From assembly GCA_023388035.1 (NCBI GenBank), contig JAEWGY010000014.1:1-28527 (forward strand): a stretch of 28,527 bases of DNA. Direction: 5' to 3'. The position numbers and the translations under genes were made by a program. Shown one piece after another: positions 1-8,942 of this stretch. The notes under the pieces were generated by a model that worked only from the letters and a program-made list of their open reading frames with translations, had not been told where the DNA came from and searched no databases. Source of the stretch: Bacillota bacterium (GTDB lineage: Bacteria; Bacillota_I; Bacilli_A; Erysipelotrichales; Erysipelotrichaceae). Positions within the stretch are counted from its first letter, which is position 1; each line of letters begins with the position of its first letter.

Positions 1-1613
1 ATATAGGAAGCTATATTATCACTATGATCACCTACTCTTTTAAGATTTGAAATAATATCTAAGAAATAAATTCCTGTTTCATTATTACAATCCTTATTAA
101 TTAAACGATCGAAATGATTTTTTCTTAATTCTTTTTCTTTACTATTAATTTCTTGTAAAATCTTTAATGCTTTATTTGCCTTTTCTGTGCTATCATTTTT
201 TCTTGCATCAAGTGCATGATTTAAACATTCATCACTTAAATTATATAATTCCTCAAGCTCCCTTTTAGCATCCAAGGATAAAGAAAGTTCATATTTTGAA
301 AGGTTAGTAATATTTTCAGCATGGTCAGCGATTCTTTCTATATCATTAATACTATAGAAAAGATGACCTATTTCAGTACTAAAATTTTTAGTATTTTGCA
401 GTTGATCAATTTTAATTAAATACTCCCCTATTTCTTTTTCCATCTTATTTATTTCAGCTTCATTTTTTAAAACCTTTTCTTTTAATTTAAGATCATTAGT
501 TAGAATAAGCTGCATTGCTAATTTAAGATTAAAGCGAGCAAATTCACCCATTGTAATTATCGCGCAAATGGCATTTTCAATTGCGAAAGTTGAATTATGC
601 AATAATCTTTCATCAAGATTGATTTGATAGAGCGGTTTATCTTCATCGCTATCCTTGATTAAAAGATTAGAACACTTAACAAGTAAATTCATAAAAGGAA
701 ATAATATAACGGTAGTCGAAATATTAAAAATGGTATGGAAAATTGAAATTTCTACTGCTGTCATATTATTATAACCACTGCTTTTATTAAAAAGGAAATA
801 CAAATAAAATATTATTCCAAATAAGGTGGAACCAATAACATTAAATAATAAATGGATTATAGCCGCTTTTTTAGCATTCTTACTTGCTCCTGCAGAGGAA
901 ATCAAAGTTGTAACGCAGGTTCCAATATTTTGACCAAGAGTGATGAAAATAGCTGCAGATCGGTTAACAATCCCATTAATCGCCAGCGTTTGTAGTATCC
1001 CAACCGAAGCGCTGGAAGATTGAATTATCGCAGTAACGATGATCCCCGCTAATAAAGCTAATAAAGGATAAGCAGCGAAATAGCTAAAGATATTTGAAAA
1101 TAAAGGTGAAGTTGCATAAGGTTTAATCGCATTTGACATGAATTCTAAGCCGATGAAAATTAAACCTAATCCAACAAATATTTGACCCTTATCACTTAAT
1201 TTTTCTTTTTTAGCGAAAATAAATAAAATAGATCCAATCGCAACTAGTAAAGGGGCAAAGAAACCTGGTTTTAAAAAACTTGTAAATTCAGATGCAGAAA
1301 CAAACCAGCTAGTTAAGGTTGTTCCAACATTAGCACCCATAATAACTCCTACTGCTTGATTTAAATTGATTATTTGAGCATTGACAAATCCGACAACCAT
1401 GACCGTTGTAGCACTTGATGATTGAATTATGGCGGTAATTAGCGCCCCTATTAAAGTAGCGGATAAACGATTATTTGTGATGCTTCTTAATAATGATTGC
1501 ATTTTGCCACCAGCCGATTTTTGTAAACCACTAGCCATGGTACTCATGCCATATAAAAACATTCCAAGACCACCTAGGAAGGTTACTATTAATGTTAAAT
1601 CTGTATTAGTCAT
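1..1613 (-). CDS. Na/Pi cotransporter family protein with C-terminal PhoU-like domains (3' end runs off the window)
   Basis: Missing from the ORF track because no stop lies in the window. ATG at 1613 has GAGG upstream. Translates MTNTDLTLIVTFLGGLGMFLYGMSTMASGLQK, has two QSSS motifs (IQSSSATTVMVVGF, IQSSSASVGILQ) and a PhoU-like end (FLDIISNLKRVGDHSDNIA). Confidence 0.9.
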   Translation of the reverse strand, partial: MTNTDLTLIVTFLGGLGMFLYGMSTMASGLQKSAGGKMQSLLRSITNNRLSATLIGALITAIIQSSSATTVMVVGFVNAQIINLNQAVGVIMGANVGTTLTSWFVSASEFTSFLKPGFFAPLLVAIGSILFIFAKKEKLSDKGQIFVGLGLIFIGLEFMSNAIKPYATSPLFSNIFSYFAAYPLLALLAGIIVTAIIQSSSASVGILQTLAINGIVNRSAAIFITLGQNIGTCVTTLISSAGASKNAKKAAIIHLLFNVIGSTLFGIIFYLYFLFNKSSGYNNMTAVEISIFHTIFNISTTVILFPFMNLLVKCSNLLIKDSDEDKPLYQINLDERLLHNSTFAIENAICAIITMGEFARFNLKLAMQLILTNDLKLKEKVLKNEAEINKMEKEIGEYLIKIDQLQNTKNFSTEIGHLFYSINDIERIADHAENITNLSKYELSLSLDAKRELEELYNLSDECLNHALDARKNDSTEKANKALKILQEINSKEKELRKNHFDRLINKDCNNETGIYFLDIISNLKRVGDHSDNIASY

Positions 1614-1615
1614 AT

Positions 1616-2131
1616 CTATTCCTCATAAATCATTTTTAAATCTAAATCAAAATTAATATTTATATTCGCCTTAGTAAATTTATTTTCAATAAGAGCTGTA
1701 TCAAGACTGTAATAATTAAGATTGATTTCTTTAATCGTGATCTTAGATAGATCTTTAATATTAAACATTCTCGCAAAATTTCTTTTTTGATTAATTATTT
1801 CATCTCTAACTAAATCTTCTTTAATTTTTTCTAAATTAGTAAAATTAAATGATTGTTTAAAACTTGTAATACTTTTATCATTTGTAATTGCTTTAATCAA
1901 TTTAAAATAATTATGTAATTTATAATTAGTTTTAATACTGATGAAGGTTTTATTATTCACAAAATCAACACTTGTGATTTTAATTACAGGGTTTAGTTCT
2001 AAAAAATGCTTTCTAAGTCTAGCAATAAAGTTTCTAAGCTTAATTTCATCAATTAATTCTAATTCTAAATTTAAAATTGAAATATCAGCATCAATTTCTT
2101 TACTTATCACTTTTGATATATTAATTTCCAT
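1616..2131 (-). CDS. Hypothetical protein, possibly a divergent SIMPL/DUF541-like protein
   Basis: 171-aa ORF with a GAGG RBS, ending 2 nt before the Na/Pi transporter start. The family resemblance is weak and judged by eye. Confidence 0.6.
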   Translation of the reverse strand: MEINISKVISKEIDADISILNLELELIDEIKLRNFIARLRKHFLELNPVIKITSVDFVNNKTFISIKTNYKLHNYFKLIKAITNDKSITSFKQSFNFTNLEKIKEDLVRDEIINQKRNFARMFNIKDLSKITIKEINLNYYSLDTALIENKFTKANININFDLDLKMIYEE

Positions 2132-2192
2132 CCTGACCTCTTTGATTTATTTTAACACATTAAAGAAATACTACAATAGTATAGTAATATAT

Positions 2193-2221
2193 TTGACAGT
2201 AATAATTAAATAATTTATAAT
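2193..2221 (+). promoter_or_regulatory. Sigma-A promoter of rpsD
   Basis: Perfect TTGACA (2193-2198), 17-bp spacer, TATAAT (2216-2221). Confidence 0.9.
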
Positions 2222-2227
2222 AAATCA

Positions 2228-2378
2228 GCATCATAACAGCACATGAAGATCGTTTAACAATTTTAATAGTATGCTAGGCGTATCGATTAGTAGCTTGCTG
2301 CTTAAGCGAAAACTCTAATATTAAAATACTAAACAATTGATTCATGCCTGTATTGTGAAATGCAATGGAGGAAAAATA
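2228..2378 (+). promoter_or_regulatory. rpsD 5' leader, probably the S4 autoregulatory RNA of Bacilli
   Basis: About 150-nt leader with nested pairings CATGAA(2242-2247)/TTCATG(2341-2346) and ATTTTAATA(2260-2268)/TATTAAAAT(2319-2327) around a GGCGTATC...GCTGC...GCGAA core. The position matches the known S4-binding leader. Confidence 0.7.
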
Positions 2379-2981
2379 ATGAGAAACACAGGTCCAGTTT
2401 GGCGAATTTCTCGTAGATTAGGTTTTTCAATTCTAGAAACTAATGAAGAATTCGCAAAAAGACGTACTATTCCAGGTCAACATGGAAATTCTGGAAAAAA
2501 AATTAAACTTTCTAACTTCGGTTTACAACAAGCTGAAAAACAAAAAATCCGTCATATGTATGGATTAAGTGAAAAACAATTTTATAACACTTACTTAAAA
2601 GCTGTTAAGGCTAAAGGGGTTACTGGTGTTGAATTCTTAATTAAATTAGAATCAAGATTAGATAATCTGGTATATCGTTTAGGTTTTGCAAGCACTAGAA
2701 GAGCTGCAAGACAATTAGTAAACCATGGTCACATCTTAGTTGATGGTAAAAAAGTTGATATCCCATCATTTGAGGTTAAACCAAATCAAACTATTGAACT
2801 AAAAGAAAGATCACGTAATTTAAAGATTGTTAATGAAGCTTTAGAAGCTAATTTAGCTACTAAGAGTTTTGTTTCTTTAGATAAAGAAAATAAAAAAGGT
2901 GTTTATTTAAGACATCCTGAAAGAAACGAATTAAATACTGAAGTTAATGAATCATTAGTTGTTGAATTCTATTCTAGATAA
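2379..2981 (+). CDS. rpsD: 30S ribosomal protein S4
   Basis: Motifs SRRLG, PGQHG, LESRLDNLVYRLGFASTRRAARQLVNHGH and VVEFYSR. Start moved to ATG 2379 after the GGAGG RBS. Confidence 0.98.
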   Translation: MRNTGPVWRISRRLGFSILETNEEFAKRRTIPGQHGNSGKKIKLSNFGLQQAEKQKIRHMYGLSEKQFYNTYLKAVKAKGVTGVEFLIKLESRLDNLVYRLGFASTRRAARQLVNHGHILVDGKKVDIPSFEVKPNQTIELKERSRNLKIVNEALEANLATKSFVSLDKENKKGVYLRHPERNELNTEVNESLVVEFYSR

Positions 2982-3010
2982 TAAAAAGCCCTAGGGCTTT
3001 TTATTTTATT
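2980..3010 (+). terminator. Intrinsic terminator after rpsD, probably bidirectional
   Basis: Perfect palindrome AATAAAAAGCCCTAGGGCTTTTTATT (2980-3005) with T-tracts on both strands. Confidence 0.85.
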
Positions 3011-3027
3011 TAATTTTTATTTTATCT

Positions 3028-3053
3028 AAAATAAAAAGGACTAATTAAGTCCT
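3028..3053 (-). terminator. Intrinsic terminator after gmk
   Basis: Minus strand reads AGGACT-taatt-AGTCCT followed by TTTTATTTT. Confidence 0.65.
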
Positions 3054-3612
3054 AAAGATTTTTTAGAATAATATCCCTAATTTCCTTTGCTGCATTTTTG
3101 ATATCCTCATTACAAACAACGTACTTATAAGTATCCTTGACTGGCATTTCTTTTTTACCCTTTTCAATTCTCTTAATAATAGTTGATTCGTCTTCTGTTT
3201 TACGATTGCGGATACGACTTTCTAGCTCTTCTAAACTAGGAGGGATTAGGAAGATTGATAAGGCATCTTGATTTTTATCTAAAACCTGCTTAGCACCTTC
3301 AACTTCAATTTCTAATATCACATTCTTACCTTCATTACGACATTTCTCAACATAATCCTTAGGAGTGCCGTAATAATTTCCAACAAAATGTGCATATTCT
3401 AAGAGTTCATCATTATTTATGGCCTCCTTAAATCTTTCTTCACTTACAAAAAAATAATTTAGGCCATTAATTTCACCGCTACGCGGTTTTCTGGTAGTCA
3501 TTGACACGGAATAACAAAGATTTAATTCTTTATATTTAAATAATTCATTTAGAACCGTGCCTTTTCCAACACCACTAGGTCCACTATAAACAATCAATAA
3601 TCCTTTTTTCAT
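3052..3612 (-). CDS. gmk: Guanylate kinase
   Basis: Motifs GPSGVGKGT, SMTTRKPRSGEINGLNYFF and YYGT. The likely start is MKKGLLIV (ATG 3612), not 3636. Confidence 0.97.
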   Translation of the reverse strand: MKKGLLIVYSGPSGVGKGTVLNELFKYKELNLCYSVSMTTRKPRSGEINGLNYFFVSEERFKEAINNDELLEYAHFVGNYYGTPKDYVEKCRNEGKNVILEIEVEGAKQVLDKNQDALSIFLIPPSLEELESRIRNRKTEDESTIIKRIEKGKKEMPVKDTYKYVVCNEDIKNAAKEIRDIILKNL

Positions 3613-3703
3613 TTTATATATTTTACAATATTTCATATACTTTGGCTATAGTTTAAAGGGGATTATTCCGCAATTTTGACTTAAAATATGGTAATATTTT
3701 ACT

Positions 3704-5320
3704 ATGACATTTGATGGTATTATTATTAATAAGATTTTTCATCTTTTAAAAAGTTTTCTTCCCTTTTATATTCAAAAAATAAATCGTTTATCAAAAACTG
3801 ATATTTTATTACAAGTTAAAAGTAAACAGGCTAAATTTAATTTAATAATCTCCTGTCATCCTAATTATAATCGTATCTATATAACAAATCGTAGCTATGA
3901 AACAATTGAAGCTGATAATTTTGTTTTAAATTTAAGACGACATTTATTAAATGCTAAAGTTGAAGATATTAAAAATGTAGATTTTGATCGTTTTTTAATT
4001 TTTAAATTACGTAATACTAATGAATTGTTTGATCAGGTTTATTATAATTTACACATTGAATTAATGGCAAAATATGCTAATATCATCCTTTGTAATGATG
4101 AAGATATTATCATTGATGCTTTAAAAAAGGTAGCTCCTTATGAAAATATTAATCGAATTGTACAGATAAATCATAAGCTTAATCCAATTCAAAAACAGGA
4201 TAAATTTAATCCTTTTACACTAGAAAAATTTGAGATCGAATATCTTGATAATAAATTATGTGGTTTTTCACCATTATTATATAAAGAGTTTAGGTATCGT
4301 CTAAGTCAAGGTGAATCGTACTATAATATCATTAACGATTTACATGAAGCTAATTCAGTATATTTTTATCCTAGCTGCCAAGAATTTCACCTAATAGAAT
4401 TAAAACACCTTAAGGAAAAACCAATTCAATTGGATATTGAATTAGCTTTTGATTATATTTATTATGATCTATGTGAAAAAGAGCGAATTCGTAACCTACA
4501 TAAGGATGTCTTTAATTTTTTTAAACGAGAAATTAAAAGATTAAAACAAAAAAAGACAAAGCTTAATGAAGAAATTCTAACAAGTGAAACTGCGGATAGA
4601 TATAAATTATATGGTGATTTAATTTTCACTAATAGTAATTTGAATGCTCGTTTAAACAAAATACATTTAAATGATTATGACGGTAATGAGTACTTAATTG
4701 ATCTAGATTCACGCTATAATCTTAAAGAAAATGCAAATTTATTTTATAAAAAATATAAAAAACTTAAGACCGCTAGAAAGTATTTAGAATCACAAATTGA
4801 ATTAACAGATGAGAAACTTGATTATTTAGAAGCTATTCATGAAGATTTAGCCTTTGCTGATTTAAAGGATATCGAAGATATTCGTAATGATTTAATTGAG
4901 AAAAAATTTATTAGAGCTACTAATAATAAAAAAAATAAGCAAAAGAAGAATAAAATTAATATTCATCAAATTACTTATAAGGATGCTCAAATATACTATG
5001 GAACCAATGCAATTCAAAATGATTATCTGAGTTTTAAATTTGCAAAAAAGGATGATTATTGGTTTCATGTTAAGGATATGAGTTCAGCGCATGTTATTCT
5101 TAGAGCTGATGAATTAAATGAAGATCTTATTAGATATTGCTCAAGAATTGCCATTTATTTTTCTAAGGCCCGTTATTCTTCATCAGTAGCGGTTAATTAT
5201 ACGCAGATTAAGTATATTAGTAAAATAAAAGGATCGAAATTAGCTTTTGTAAAGTTACATAAATACAAAACTATTTTTATTGACCCTTTTTATGATAATG
5301 ATTTTTTAGCTCTTAATTAA
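3704..5320 (+). CDS. rqcH: RqcH/FbpA (NFACT) ribosome quality-control protein
   Basis: MTFDG start, FDR and IELM motifs, IIDALK, a coiled coil, ENANLFYKKYKKLK, and NFACT-R motifs GTNAIQND and WFHVKD. Confidence 0.92.
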   Translation: MTFDGIIINKIFHLLKSFLPFYIQKINRLSKTDILLQVKSKQAKFNLIISCHPNYNRIYITNRSYETIEADNFVLNLRRHLLNAKVEDIKNVDFDRFLIFKLRNTNELFDQVYYNLHIELMAKYANIILCNDEDIIIDALKKVAPYENINRIVQINHKLNPIQKQDKFNPFTLEKFEIEYLDNKLCGFSPLLYKEFRYRLSQGESYYNIINDLHEANSVYFYPSCQEFHLIELKHLKEKPIQLDIELAFDYIYYDLCEKERIRNLHKDVFNFFKREIKRLKQKKTKLNEEILTSETADRYKLYGDLIFTNSNLNARLNKIHLNDYDGNEYLIDLDSRYNLKENANLFYKKYKKLKTARKYLESQIELTDEKLDYLEAIHEDLAFADLKDIEDIRNDLIEKKFIRATNNKKNKQKKNKINIHQITYKDAQIYYGTNAIQNDYLSFKFAKKDDYWFHVKDMSSAHVILRADELNEDLIRYCSRIAIYFSKARYSSSVAVNYTQIKYISKIKGSKLAFVKLHKYKTIFIDPFYDNDFLALN

Positions 5321-6025
5321 GAGCTTTTTTAATGTTTGTAGTTCATAAGGTTTTAGAATTCGATATTCACCAGCTTTAAGATTACCAATATCTATATTAC
5401 CAAAACCAATGCGATGTAATTTAATCACCTCATGGTTAAATAAATCAAACATTCTTCTTATCTGTCTATTTCTACCTTCATAAATTGTAACGTAAAGAGT
5501 AGAGGTTTTTTTATTAAAATTATATTCTTTTAACTTTATTTTACACTTTTTAGTAAGATAGCCATCTAAGATCACGCCTTTCATTAATTTATTTATCGTT
5601 TCATTATTAATGATGCCTTTTACCCTAACTAAATAATGCTTAGCGATTTTATATTTAGGATGAATTAATTCATTGCATAACTCACCATCATTACTTACGA
5701 TTATAAGCCCTGAACTATCAAAATCTAAGCGACCGATTGGAAATAATCTTTTATCACTTTCAAAATAGTCTAGAATACTTTTTCTGCCTTTATCATCGAT
5801 GGTGGAGCTAATAACATTTTTCGGTTTATGAAAAAGATAATATACCTTATCTTCTTTTTCACTGATCTCTTTATCGTCGATATAAATTTTATCTTTAAAA
5901 TCAGCTTTCATTCCTAAAAAAGCTATTTCATTATTCAGTTTAACTCTACCACTAAGGATTAATTCTTCGGCTTTTCTTCTAGAACAATAGCCACTCTTAG
6001 CGATTATTTTTTGAATTCTTTCCAT
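5306..6025 (-). CDS. rluB: rRNA pseudouridine synthase, RsuA/RluB family
   Basis: S4 domain ERIQKIIAKSGYCSRRKAEELI, catalytic GRLDFDSSGL, and EGRNRQIRRM. Confidence 0.9.
   Translation of the reverse strand: MERIQKIIAKSGYCSRRKAEELILSGRVKLNNEIAFLGMKADFKDKIYIDDKEISEKEDKVYYLFHKPKNVISSTIDDKGRKSILDYFESDKRLFPIGRLDFDSSGLIIVSNDGELCNELIHPKYKIAKHYLVRVKGIINNETINKLMKGVILDGYLTKKCKIKLKEYNFNKKTSTLYVTIYEGRNRQIRRMFDLFNHEVIKLHRIGFGNIDIGNLKAGEYRILKPYELQTLKKLLIKS
5308..5330 (+). terminator. Palindromic terminator inside the rqcH/rluB convergent overlap
   Basis: Perfect 18-bp palindrome AGCTCTTAATTAAGAGCT (5308-5325) followed by a T-run on the + strand. Confidence 0.6.
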
Positions 6026-8672
6026 ATTTAATTCTCCTTATATAATATATAAATGATATTAATAAGATAAAAATAGTCATAAAGATAGCGATCAGGCTAA
6101 CGATGAAGATTTGAAAAAAATTATAATCCATTGTATTGACATTAATATATTCTAAAACATCTTCACCATTAAAAATATTAGGACTACTTCTTTTAACTAT
6201 TATAAAACTACCTGTATTCTTTGTGATAAACTTTAAAAAATTGCTGCTTTGATCTACTTTCAAAGCGTAAAGATCATTATATTCATCAATTCTAATTACC
6301 GAATAAATAGCTTTAGGATCATTATCGTGTAAATCAAGGCTTACAATGATTGGTGTATTTAAACTAATACTATCATAATTCTTTTTAATATCTAAATTGA
6401 TAGTTGTGACATAGTCTAATCCTTGTGTTGAAATAAAATTATTTAATTCATCACTTAAATTTTCCTTTAGGCTACTAATCGAACTAATAATCGTATCTTT
6501 AAAAAATAGATATTTTCGATTTAAACTTGATGAGGTTGCGCTATATAGACCAGATAAAGATAAATTAAGCTCATTTTTTTCAATATGGTATAGGGTATTA
6601 TTGCTAATGTAATCTTTAAATTTCAAATCCAATTTCCTTATTAGCTCAAAGTCATAGTTATAATCAATATTTTTACTAATTTTAATAAATTCATTAAAAT
6701 CTTCTATGCTCGGTTTACCGTCTAAAATACTCAATAATTTGTTAGTGAATAAGTGCTGCTTTTTATCATCGCTTATTTTAACTCTAATCTTTGTTTTTAA
6801 GCCATTAAATACAATATTAACTTGTTCTTCCTTGACTTTTTGATTATCATAGCTTTCAATCATCGTTGAATCAACATCAATAATTTTAGTTGTGTTATCA
6901 TCATAATTAATCTTTAGTTTAAGCCCTCGTAAATCTAAGCGCTCACCGATCTTAATTTCATAAAGTTCTTTTTTATTAATAAGTTCAATGCTATTTATTT
7001 TTTTAAAAACTGCTGTATAGGTCGTGTTGGAAGTAACTTCTTTTAGTTCTGGTTCATATGCAACAAGCTCATAAGAATCTAAATAGGCTTTAGGCGCACT
7101 TACTATATCTCCTTCTTTTATAACATAAGTAAGAATATTACTACCATCTTTAAAAAGACCTTCATTAGAATTAAAACTAATGCGATAGTAATTATCACTC
7201 TTAATGCGATCAGGATTGATAATATGTTTCACTGCATCTTTAGAAATATAGGCAATATTAGTATCGAAATCATAATGCTTGTCAATGAAAAAGGATTGAT
7301 CGAATTGAATTTTATATAGGTCACTATGACTTTCTAAAATAATAACACTTAATTCCTTGACATTCTTAAGCTTAGCAATAACATTTAACTTATTAGGACT
7401 ACTATAAAAATCTAAATCCTGATAATCTTCAATTATTCCTAAAGCGTAATTATTAAAATCTTTAAATCCTAAACTGGCATCCATTCTAGCATATGTATTA
7501 ACTAACTTTAATGACCAAAAGGGATCACTACTATAATTAAGATTAATACCACTTTTTTTAGATCCAAAATGGGTGCCGCTATAACTATTCTTTGTTATAT
7601 CCGCATAACTTTGTGAAATATAATAGCGGGCATGTGAATAGATTGAATCCTCAATTGTTTTATATCGATTAGCTAAGCGATCTTCTTCATTTTCAAAGGC
7701 TGCATCTGAAAATAATTTATTTAAAGCATAAGAAGAAAAAGATCTACCATTTGAACTTTCATACATCGCCTGTACTAGCATCATAAGCGCATTAGCGCCA
7801 TAGCGATATTGATAAGTGTAGAAATTTTGAATTTCTCCATGTATTTGTGATCTATTAACAACATCATTAATATTATCATTATTGACATCACTAAAATTAC
7901 TAAGCTTACTACTGATAAATAAATCCTTTTTTAAATATTTTTCAATTTCGGTAAAATGGTAATTCGTTATTGAGCGATGAGGAAGATATTTAAAATAATT
8001 ATAATAAGGATTATCTTTATTTATCGCATGTTCGTGATTGTTATTTTTACTATCCTCTATTAATAATCTTAAGTCTTTATAAAAATAATGTTCATCATAA
8101 GAGAAGTAACTTTCTCCTTCTTTTAAATAACTGGGAGCTTTTGAAAGATTTAAAACGAAGGTGAAGAAATCATTATTTAAATCAGTTTTTATTTCTCGAT
8201 AAAGAAAGGAATTTAAAACTGTATAACTACTGATCTTAGTATTAAGCTTTTCAATCGGAATTATTTTTAAATAAGCTTTATCTATTAACATATAATTATT
8301 ATCTAAAAGTAATTTAATCTGATTATCATTAACATCTAATAAAATACCTTCAGATGCTAGGCAGGGATTTATTTTAATTAAACTACCCTCTTCATTAAAA
8401 TAATCAATATCTTCACAATTATTAGTATGTTTAAAATTAACTAAAGCATATTTAGCATATACATATTCATCATTTAATCTAATTGCTAGATTATTATCGC
8501 TTTCTTGAGTTTTAAGATAATCATAGGCTCTATTAAAATCTTCAAAAATTTCCAAAATTTTTTCTTCATTTTCAAAAATAGTAACTTCATAATTAGCTGC
8601 CTTAATTTTAAGAAAGCCTGTGAATAAAAATATTAAGCAGAGAAAAAAAATAATTAATAAACTTTTTTTCAT
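5997..8672 (-). CDS. Membrane-anchored cell-wall hydrolase: signal peptide, GH73 glucosaminidase-like domain, bacterial Ig-like domain, C-terminal TM helix
   Basis: Signal peptide MKKSLLIIFFLCLIFLF. GH73-like YGANALMMLVQAMYESSNGRS and GSKKSGINLNYSSDPFW. Big_3-like IGERLDLRGLKLKINYDD. TM FFQIFIVSLIAIFMTIFILLISFIYYI followed by a basic tail. Confidence 0.75.
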   Translation of the reverse strand: MKKSLLIIFFLCLIFLFTGFLKIKAANYEVTIFENEEKILEIFEDFNRAYDYLKTQESDNNLAIRLNDEYVYAKYALVNFKHTNNCEDIDYFNEEGSLIKINPCLASEGILLDVNDNQIKLLLDNNYMLIDKAYLKIIPIEKLNTKISSYTVLNSFLYREIKTDLNNDFFTFVLNLSKAPSYLKEGESYFSYDEHYFYKDLRLLIEDSKNNNHEHAINKDNPYYNYFKYLPHRSITNYHFTEIEKYLKKDLFISSKLSNFSDVNNDNINDVVNRSQIHGEIQNFYTYQYRYGANALMMLVQAMYESSNGRSFSSYALNKLFSDAAFENEEDRLANRYKTIEDSIYSHARYYISQSYADITKNSYSGTHFGSKKSGINLNYSSDPFWSLKLVNTYARMDASLGFKDFNNYALGIIEDYQDLDFYSSPNKLNVIAKLKNVKELSVIILESHSDLYKIQFDQSFFIDKHYDFDTNIAYISKDAVKHIINPDRIKSDNYYRISFNSNEGLFKDGSNILTYVIKEGDIVSAPKAYLDSYELVAYEPELKEVTSNTTYTAVFKKINSIELINKKELYEIKIGERLDLRGLKLKINYDDNTTKIIDVDSTMIESYDNQKVKEEQVNIVFNGLKTKIRVKISDDKKQHLFTNKLLSILDGKPSIEDFNEFIKISKNIDYNYDFELIRKLDLKFKDYISNNTLYHIEKNELNLSLSGLYSATSSSLNRKYLFFKDTIISSISSLKENLSDELNNFISTQGLDYVTTINLDIKKNYDSISLNTPIIVSLDLHDNDPKAIYSVIRIDEYNDLYALKVDQSSNFLKFITKNTGSFIIVKRSSPNIFNGEDVLEYINVNTMDYNFFQIFIVSLIAIFMTIFILLISFIYYIRRIKYGKNSKNNR

Positions 8673-8702
8673 ACTTCTATTTTACTAAAAATAATTACAT
8701 CT

Positions 8703-8942
8703 TCAAAATACAACAATTTCGATATTATTATAGATATTTAGTTCATTTATAGAAGTGTGTAAATCTAGTTTTTCTTTAAGGTAGCGCTCAAATACTAGAA
8801 ATTCATAATTATAAATTTCCTTTAGCTCCTTATTAGTGATAATAAAATCAATTATCTCTTTTAAAGTTAATTCATTACTTACGCAAATCGTAAATTTCAA
8901 ATTCAAGATTTTAAATTCAATATTAATTAGTAATTTCTTCAC
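8703..8942 (-). CDS. EsaB/YukD-like ubiquitin-fold T7SS accessory protein
   Basis: 79 aa overlapping the 3' end of essC. The pattern FTICVSNELTLKELI-like...LDLHTSINELNIYNNIEIVVF fits a YukD beta-grasp. Confidence 0.65.
   Translation of the reverse strand: MKKLLINIEFKILNLKFTICVSNELTLKEIIDFIITNKELKEIYNYEFLVFERYLKEKLDLHTSINELNIYNNIEIVVF

Noticed and set aside
1429..2213. + strand ORFs 1429-1656 and 1941-2213
   Set aside because: They are antisense shadows of real minus-strand genes, and the second runs into the rpsD promoter.
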